Below are positions 14,340 to 23,600 of a DNA stretch of 64,000 nucleotides, in pieces; positions within the stretch are counted from its first letter, which is position 1, and each line of letters begins with the position of its first letter. The notes under the pieces are model-generated. The model was not told where the DNA came from, did not search any database, and saw nothing but the letters and a program-made list of their open reading frames with translations. A program made the translations under genes and the position numbers. The stretch comes from Thelocarpon superellum (Eukaryota), in the NCBI GenBank assembly GCA_026025795.1, contig JAPEUG010000042.1:1-64000 (forward strand), given 5' to 3'.

Positions 14340-14538
14340 TTACCAGACACCAGATACCAGACACCAGACACCAGATACCAGACACCAGACACCAGATACC
14401 AGACACCAGATACCAGACACCAGATACCAGACACCAGATACCAGACACCAGATACCAGACACCAGATACCAGACACCAGATACCAGACACCAGATACCAG
14501 ACACCAGATACCAGACATCAGATACCAGACACCAGATA
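14340..14538. repeat. Heptamer tandem repeat (ACCAGAY)n, ~28 units
   Basis: Alternating ACCAGAC/ACCAGAT units between the convergent HECT and TcA stop codons. Confidence 0.95.
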
Positions 14539-14684
14539 ACAAGTGAGTAGCGTACAAGAAACGTCGCTGTTAGCCTAGTCCAACCAACGACAAGAGCGTT
14601 TGGGAACGAAGCCAACATACAAGCAGCCCCAGCATTCTGATACATCCACCTTGCCCCAATGTCCACGGCCCACTATACACCTCC

Positions 14685-17600
14685 TCATCGAATCCATCCC
14701 TCTCGGCCCCGCCATGGGATCGGGCCCTTCCATTCCCTTTCGCCCTCACCCTTGCCTTCCGGACCCTTGGACCATCCATTTCTCTCCGGCCCCTCAGGCT
14801 TCCCGTGTCCTTGATGATGCCACCCTGGTCCCCTATGGCCCGCATGTCCCCCATGATGGCCCCATCCATATCCCTTTCCCTTCCCCTCACCAGGCTCACA
14901 TCGCACCAACGCCGACGGCCCAGCCGTCGACCGAGGCGGACACGGCTCCTCGCAGATGGTGTAGCGACAGAGGAGATAGACTTCCTCGACGGGCGCGAGG
15001 TCGTAGGGGAAGCGGAGACGGCCGAGTTCCGGCACCGTCGCCGAGGCCGCGCCGTGCGCGACCGGGCCCAGCTCCACGTCCAGCACGCCGTGGTACAGTC
15101 CCGGCCATTCGGCCGCCACGACGCACGTGAAGGCGCGCTCGCCAGTGGCGCAGCAGTCACCGCCCTGCTTCTTCGGCTTGTCGGCGAGCGCTTGCGCCCG
15201 TCCAGGCTCGAGCGCGACGCGGAAATGCTCGCCCTCGAGCGCGCATGGCGACTCGAGGAAGATCTCGAGCCGCGTGATCCGCACTTCGCGCCGGTTGGTC
15301 ACAAAGGGGAACATGCTGCGCGTGAACCGGAGCGGGAAGTCGCGGTGGGGTGGCGCAAGTGGCGGGTTAGGGCGGAAGGCCCGCCATGCGTCCGGCAGAT
15401 CGTGCCGGATGTCAAAGTATCGCACGCCCGCGCACGGCAGGATGGCTTGCGCCTCGCGGTTGGCGGCCTCTCGAAGCATTTCGCCTCCTTCGCGTGCGGT
15501 ATAGTTCAGGTGGAGCACAAAGTCGCTGATGGTATCAAAGTCGAATTGGTTGTTGTCCAGCGGCAACTCGATGCGCCACCGGCTGACGGCACCGGCGTAT
15601 TCAAAGGGCAGGTAGCGGTCGTCGCGGAAGTTGAGCTCGAATAGTCCCGTGTCGTTCTGTCCACTCGACGTCGCGATGCTCTCCGTTGCCGCGTAGTGCC
15701 GGATGAAGCGCGGGTCGTGCGGTTCTGGCGCGTACGCACCTGCAGGAGGACCATGGCCTGGGTGCTTGCATTGACATCGCGACCCTGCTCGCGTCCCTAG
15801 TTTTGGACAGCAGCTCTTGTGCTTGTCGCCGCAGCATGGTGTGATGGGATCGCGGAGCCGGGGGTCGACTCGCGTGATGCCGCTGAGCATCTGCAGGCGG
15901 CAGTGTACACCCGTATAAGGCCCGGCGACGCAAGGGATGGTGACGCTGATGTTGCGGATGCGGCGCATGTAGTGCCCAGGATAGTCGATGTCAAACATCC
16001 ATTCCGGGACGTCAATCTCACAGTACCCCGCCGTCTTCAGTCGGAGGAGCGCGTGCGGGAAGACCAGCCGGAAGGAAAAGTGCTTGGTGAGTTCAAACTC
16101 GCGGCAGTTGGCATCCATGTAGGCCGTCTGCATCGTCTGCAGCGCGAGTCCGAGCCGCTCACCGACCATCAGGCCCTCGTACATGTTGTTCCAACCGCCC
16201 TCGGGTAGGAAGTTGCGCCGAATGTCGCCCCGTTCATAGTGGAAGGCTCGTTGGGCCTCGCGCGCCACATGTAGCGCGAGGTCATATGTCTGCTGGTACA
16301 GCGCCGCCGTCTCCTGCTGGAGGAAGAGATACAGATCGTGGGTGCTCAACTTGTCTCGCATAAAGTCCTGGATCTCGCTCGCGTGTTCAATCTGGCGTTG
16401 GTGATTGTTGAGATCCCGCAGCATCATGTCGCAATGTCGCTCTGCCCCTAAAATTTGTCGGTAGATCTGATCGATCTCGATTGAGATGGTCTGCGTCTGC
16501 AGTGTCCAATCCTGCGTGCGACGGTCCCACCCAGCTTGCGTAAGGAGCAGTGACCCGTTGGTGTTGGACGTTTCCGCCACGGAATTGAGGATGCGTGCCG
16601 CCGTGGCGAAACCTGTGCCTTGTTTGTTGCCCACAGGAAGCTGGTTGGCGTTGACCGGCGTACTGTACGCCCCTGCCGTGCCGAGGGTGATCTCCGGCAC
16701 CGACGCCATGCCCTGCGCAATGCCTTCCGACACGTTGCCGGCGCTGCGCGTCGTCATCGCAATTCCAGTGCTGGTCACGTATCCCGTCTCACCGCTGTTG
16801 AGTCCGTTCTGGAGGAGACTTTGATAGTAGCGCAGACGCGTCTGGGCCCCCTCCAAGGTCTTGCCGAGCCCTTGCAGCTGCCAGTCCGACTCGCGCCACT
16901 GGTTCTGCTTCGTCGCCAGGTCCAGCTCCATCAGCTGATGCTCATGTGACTGCCGCAGACATGCCAGATACTCGGCGTCGCCTTTCTCAAAAGCCGAAAG
17001 GAGCTCGTTGCCCAAGGATCGCACCTCCGACGCCAACTCCATGGCCCGTGGCATCAGATTCATGAAGCGGTAGGGCTGGCAGCCGGGCATGCACTCATCA
17101 CGCTCCGCGCACCACGCCTCCGCAGGCTGCCACGGATCATTCTTCGAGTGGAATGCCCAGTAGGGCAGGCGGCAGTCGCTCCGCTGCCGACGTGCGTTGG
17201 TTCCTTTCGTCACCAACGCACGGCGATCGGCCCGCCGTTCGTACAGCGACAAGAGGCGCGGATTGATCGGAGGTGGCGACGGAGCAAAGTTGGCCACCGT
17301 CATTGGCGTCGTCGCCTGGTTCTGCGCGTTGATACGGGTCGGTGTGGGTCCGAGGATCTGCTCCATGAGGTCGAAGATGACCCGCGCCTGCCCGAACGCC
17401 TCACCCGAGTTCTTGGCCATCATGGCGTCTCCCCATTGCTGCAGGTCTTCGAGGTACTCGAGCACGACGGCTCGCGCTCGGAGGACGTCTGGGGTGGCGG
17501 GACCACTCGGGCAGCAAGGCAGATCGCGCGTTCCAGACGATGGGAGCTGGGCAAGCGCATCCCGATTTTCAGTGTTACATTGTAGCCAGGTGTTATCATT

Positions 17601-20600
17601 CTGCAGGGGATTGAAGACCAGCTCGTACCACCGCAGGGCGGCATCGTACCGACAATGACCCCGCAGCGCAGAGGCCACCGCTAGAGCCGTGCTGAAATTC
17701 GACAGCGGGATCAATGGGGCACCGGGAGTGAAAAAGGCAAAGAAGGGGTAGGAAGTTAGGGTCGTCGGGTAGATCGAGGTATCGATCGGATTTTCGGGGA
17801 GGACCTCTGGCGTTACCGTCGCCGAGTCTGGCACCATGTCGTACCTGAAGCCCGGGGGCGTCGGATCCGTTGATCCCACGAGCGTGGCTGCAGCCGACAC
17901 GGTGAAGATGAGTGAGTCGGCGAGTCGACCGGTGAAGCCGAGCTCCGGTTCCACGGTCGTTGCGGCGACGGGATCAATGGCGAGGCCCTCGTCGGAGCGA
18001 CGGGGGTCTTCAAACTTGCCCAGATGCACGCGACACCAATGTAGATGCACCATTGGATTCGAGTCCCAATTCAAGAGACCCGGCGCTTTATCGGGTCGCT
18101 CCCAATCTGACGTCGGGTCGGGCTGTATGACGCCGATCGTCGCGTCTTGGGTGATGATGGATTTGTCTGTTAAATTAGGGTTCACCATCAAGTCCGTTCC
18201 GTCGAAGCGGCGGCTGTCCTCCAGCCAGAAATAAAATTCGTCCACCGCGGGCGGATGGATCTTTCCACAGCTGCAGCAACATGACCCGCCTGATGCGTCT
18301 CCGTCTCCGCCTCCACCACTACCGCCGTGATAAGGCACGAAGAACGTGCCTTGTGGCGGCATGGCGGCTGCGACCCGGACGAAGCGAGTCCCCATGCGCA
18401 CCGCCGCCTTGATCCAGAGCGGTAATGGGGCGACAGAGGTACCCAGGGGGGTACCGTTGACCACGCCCGCGGTGTTGAGCTTCTTAGGAGCCGCAGCCTT
18501 GGGAGTCACCGTCACTGTTCCGATCGGCCCCTTGTCAATGGAGCTGGATGCTTGGGCGGTATTGTTGACGATTTTGGGACCGATGCCGCCGTTCCCGCCG
18601 GTTCCACCAGTTCCACCAGTTCCGCCGGTTCCTCCAGTACCTCCAGTACCTCCAGTACCTCCAGTACCTCCAGTTCCTCCGGTTCCGCCGGTGGCGCCAG
18701 TGCCGCCGGTGCCGCCGGTGGAAGCAGGGTTGGTCCACGGGGCCAGATAGGTTGGCCGGGAATCGTACTCTGGAGTGCCAAAGAGATCGAGTCCCTCCTC
18801 TGTCATCGATGGCGACGGTGTATTAGGCTGCACCTGCAGTGTAGCCGCCTCACGAGCTTGTAGTGTGTTGAGAACGGAGAGAGATGGCGGCTCGGTGAGC
18901 GATGCCCAAACGAGGTCGCCTGACACAGGAACGGTCAAGGTGCTCCGACGGATGTCGTTCTCAAGGAGACGGAAGGCCTCGGACTTGCGGGCCTCGCAGA
19001 GCTCCTCCCACCGGATCCAATTCTCCTGGTAGATCTGTCGCCGCTTGAAGGTCTCCCATGCCTCAAAAGTAACGAAATGCTTCTCCCAGGATCGGACGAA
19101 GGCTGGCAAGAGGGTGGTGTTCGGCTCCAGCCCCAGTCGCGCACGCTGGACGAATGTCTGCACTGCGGTGATCGCCTCTTCGATGCGACTGGCGTGCTCG
19201 CCGATGCCTGCCGTGACATCTTGTAGCAGTAGATCCGAGAGATCCCGCGGCGTTTGCGCGAACAGGTTGGATCCAAATGGGGTCAATGGCACCCGGCTCA
19301 TTCCACAAAGGTACGCCAGAAGCGCTTCACGGCCACGCTCGCGTAAGCCGTCGTTGAGCCACCTCAGGTCCTTCGCGCGTTCCGGCGCACCGTCGCTGAG
19401 ACAGCTGTCCTGTACGAAACGCGCCAGGTTCTGATTACCCGACGTGGTACCCACCGTGGCACTTGGATCGTCAGACGCCCAAAGGTCCGGCAGTGCCTCA
19501 TGGAGATTACGCGTGTAGAAGTCACGCTCCAGGGCGCGGAGCCAGGTGCCCGCACGCCAAACCCTGACAGCCCAGCGATCGTCTTGCAGATCGGCCGTGG
19601 CGACGGCATAGAGGGGGTTGGAATAATAATTCAAGACCAGGGACGACAGGCCCAGGTCAACCGCCACGTAGCGCACCAGCTGGTCTGCAGTGGGCGGCTG
19701 CTGCAATGAGGCTTCGGCGAACATGATCCAAACTGGGTGCTTTCGCACCTCTGCGATCTCATCCCGCATTCGACCATAGTCGAAGAGCCGCTCCCACCAG
19801 TCAAAGAGGGCAGCTTGTCGCTTGGCGCTTGGCTGCACGCGCGAGTCCACGGAGGACGCCGGCGACTGATAGGGGTCCGCGACAGGGAGAAAGTTCAGAT
19901 TGAAAAAGGCCCGGTGAGAAATGAAAGTTGGGGTGGCGCGGTAGTAAGACATGCCCAAGAAGATGGAGGGATTGTCCAACATATAGCCTAGCTCGGATTG
20001 GTGATCACAGTGCACCGGCTTCGCGGAGAGACCAAGGCGTGTGGCGAACAACACGCCTTTAAAGGCGCGCTGGTACGTGCGACGGATGTCGCGCAAGCTG
20101 CTGGTGAAAAGCTCAGCGAAATATTGGGCCTGCTGTCCGCTGATCCGGAGACCTGATCCGAGCGTGCCCGATTGTGTTTCGAGGAACAGCTGGCGATGGG
20201 GGATGGTGATGAAGCATTCCTCGCTGTCGGGGCCGGCATACTTGACGTCAAACCCGGTGAATAGGCGGTGGATGCTGACCTCGTCCGTAAAAGTGGGTTC
20301 CGGCTGTTTAAAATGGACCACGAGGTGATACGCCCCCCGACGCAGACAGAGCCTTTCGGACAAAGCAGGCGGGGCCTCCTCAGCGGGCCAGTAATGGTTC
20401 AGGAGGGTCCATGTCTTCTGGCCCCGCTGCAAGGTCACCAGCCACTGGTGATGTTTAGATCGTTCGAAGTCTGGCTCTTCTCCATCCGGCCGCGGGCTCC
20501 CCGCGCTGAACCGATACTCGCCCGGATGGTCGATTATCAGCGCGCCGCTCCAAGTGAGCTCAAAAGGTTGTGCTCCGCCTAGCTCGTGACCGGTCTTGTC

Positions 20601-23600
20601 ACGTAGAGCAAAGCCGTTGCGAATCGTGGCAAATTGGTGCTGTGTGGCCGTCAACTGTAGGCCCATGGCCGGCACCACGGTAGGAAACGGGGCATTGTGC
20701 TCGTCCGAAGCCTTGCCAAAGCCCGTGGTCTCGTCACGAATGTCGCGTAAAGTGGTCGCGGCACCAACCGACACTTCTTCGACAAGCCCGGTGCCAACGA
20801 GCCCGAGCAACGCCGCGACCGCCGTGCCCGCGAGGGGTGGCGTCCAGGTGAAGTCAGTAGGCGGCGCGCCCGAGTCGCTCTCCCATGGTTCTGACGACGT
20901 GGGGAGATTCTCGTCGGCGAGCAGATTCTGCAGCACCCGCCAAGCCACATCGTGGTCCGGTGGGGCCTCACATCCGGTCACGGACGCGACGTGATGGGTC
21001 AGGTATTCGGCGAGGAGCTTGCACCGTCCATGAAACAGAGCAATCTCACGACGAAAGAAAGCAAATCGCCGTTCCTCGCACGGCTCCTGCACCAATCGGT
21101 CGAGGGCCCGACCGAAGTTGGCGAAGAGCGGCGCGAACGGGGCCAGGGTGAGCCGCGGCGCGTAGTAGAGATCTTGCAATGCCTGTTGCTCCGCGGCGTT
21201 CAGCGGCCGGGTGTTGCGAAGTTTCTCGAGGACGTCCGCGTCTCTCAACGGCAGCTCAATCCACAACTGGGGCGACGCAGTGCTGCTGTCGTAGCGGAAG
21301 GGTCCAGATGGTGGCGCGTCCCATACGTGCGCCGTCGTTGCAGTAGTGGCCAGACTCACTTGGAATTGGCGCTTTTCCCGGGGCACAATGTGCCCATGTC
21401 TTTCGAGCACCTGTGGGAAGAAGTGCTCGCCCAGGACGTCAACGGGATCTGATCCCGCCGTCGCGTGAGTGAAGCCGACGTCGCGGAGGCAGGACTTGAT
21501 GCGCCACCAGTCCCAAGCCTCCAGCGCATCCTCCTCAACACAGACCTCCAGGAGCTTATGGCGTAGTGACCACAGGCCAAACGAACTCTCCTCGGGCAGG
21601 CCTAAGGGCTGGTCGAGGTCCTCTGGCTCATCCGAGAGCGGAAACGGATCATCGCCATCGAGATGCGGGTTCACGGTGAAGAGGAACAAGATCTCACCAA
21701 CGGTGAAGGGTGAGGCGTAGATCTTTGTGAGAACCTCGACGAAGCGTAGCGTGCTGGCTGGCTGCGCGTGCCAGGTATCAGCGGTTGTGAAGCCTGCAAG
21801 TATGGAGAGCGGATCTAGGTTGTCCGTGATCAATTTGCGGAACTCCGGACCGCGTGCGCAGGCACGGAAACGAGTGCGAGCCGTGCGCTCGACGCCGTCT
21901 AGCATCGCTTCGATCGCCCACGGCCACTGATCTGGCGCCGCAGTCTGTCCTAGCCAGAGCGCAAGCAGCGGCGTGCGGGTCGCCGGCGCCACAGGAGTGC
22001 CAGGGGGTGTGCCAGGGGGAGTGCTGGTTCCCGGCGCGGGAGGCGAGGTCGGGCCTCTGCTCAAAGGAATGGCGAAATGGTCCCGAAGCAGGAGCAATGA
22101 AGCCAACTCCCGGCAAAAGTCGCCGCTCACGCTCGATGTGCCAAAGAAGCCCAGGACGGTACAGACATCTCCGAGCTGTGCAAAGGAGATGGGCTCACCA
22201 CAGAGCTCCTGGAGGTGACGCCACAGGCGGATGAAGAGCAGGAGCTTCTGGAGCACGACTACGCCATTGACATCACCTAGAGAGATGTTGTACTTGGCTA
22301 AGCAGCATGGTTCGCAGTCCGGAAATGTAGTTGGCACATCGCCCTCAGCCTGTTTCACATCGCCCTGGCCCCGCACCGCGCCTGGACGGAAGGACACGTA
22401 CTGTGACTTCCACAAGTCGAGGAACTCACAATAGGTCAAGCCCGTCCCCGCCAGGAAGATAGGTAAGGTGAGGCTGGATGATGACACCACGCTATCCGTG
22501 AGGCCCAGAAAGCCCAGGATGGTCGTCTCCGAGAGGGTTCCGTTATTGTAAAGGGTGCTATATTCGTCGGGCGAGATGTGTAGGTACTCGATAGCGAGCT
22601 CGTGGGAGACAGGATAGCGCCAGAGCTGGCGGGGAAAGTCACTCGGGGCTAGCGTGGGATCGATGGCTAGTTCCCAGATGTCCTTTCTGAAATGGCGCAT
22701 GGTCTCATATCGACTGGTGCCGAGGTGACAGAGGTAGGCACGGCAGATGTCGAGGGACTGCGAGTATGGTAGCTTGGGGGCGGTAAAACACGTCTGGAGG
22801 GTGGTATAGATGCCCGGCTGGGCAACAGGCGTCGCCGGCGTCGAATGCTCGGGAAGGGCACCGAAGAGAAGAGCCGGGTCGTAGGCGGACGGTCCATAAC
22901 CAAGCGCGAAGCCATCGAGCGTCTGGCCGTTGGTATCATAGACGGCTCCAACATCGCCTGTGGGGGTGACGCCCAGGGTTTCTAAGCTCTCGTTGACCAG
23001 ATCGATCAATGGGAGCGGCGTTTCCAGATTGGCCCGCGTAGCACTCAGGTTGCCTAGCGGACCTCGTCGTGTTACCATGATTGAGCTCAGCGTGCCGGTG
23101 CCATCAGGTGTCAGCTGAAGCATCTCGTGAAGATACTCTACCGGTCCCAGCGGCGATAGGTAGGGCGGTGGAATGCAGTCAGTGAGCAGACCGTTGCCGT
23201 TGATCGGCGCAAAGACCCCGCCAGATCCCGCGGGAGGCGCTTGCACGGTGCCGGCCTTGGTCTGAATGGCGGAAGCAAAGGCCCAGGCCACGGTGCCGGC
23301 CAGGGCGGCTTGGAATTGCGGTGGCTGTAAGGCGAGGATACTCTGGGTGGTGGTGAAGCCACGGGCGTAGAGGGCCTCCATGAGGGAGAACTGCAACGAG
23401 GCCTGGCCGATGCTGGTAACAAGAAACAGGGTGTTGATGGCCTGGATCGCCTGCGTGATCCAGGCCTGCCCGGCAGGATCGTTGACAAAGGTAGCCGCGG
23501 CCGCCTTCTGGACCGCGGTCGAGTTGAGGGTGTCGCCAAAGGCGAAGGTGGTCGTCGTTAGGGCATCATATTCCGCCACGAACAGCTGGAAAACGTCGTT

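Noticed and set aside
14340..14538. Possible CRISPR array, or ORFs encoding PDTRYQT / SGIWCLV repeats
   Set aside because: Pure 7-bp tandem repeat with no spacers or cas genes; the ORFs are read-through of the repeat beyond the spliced HECT stop
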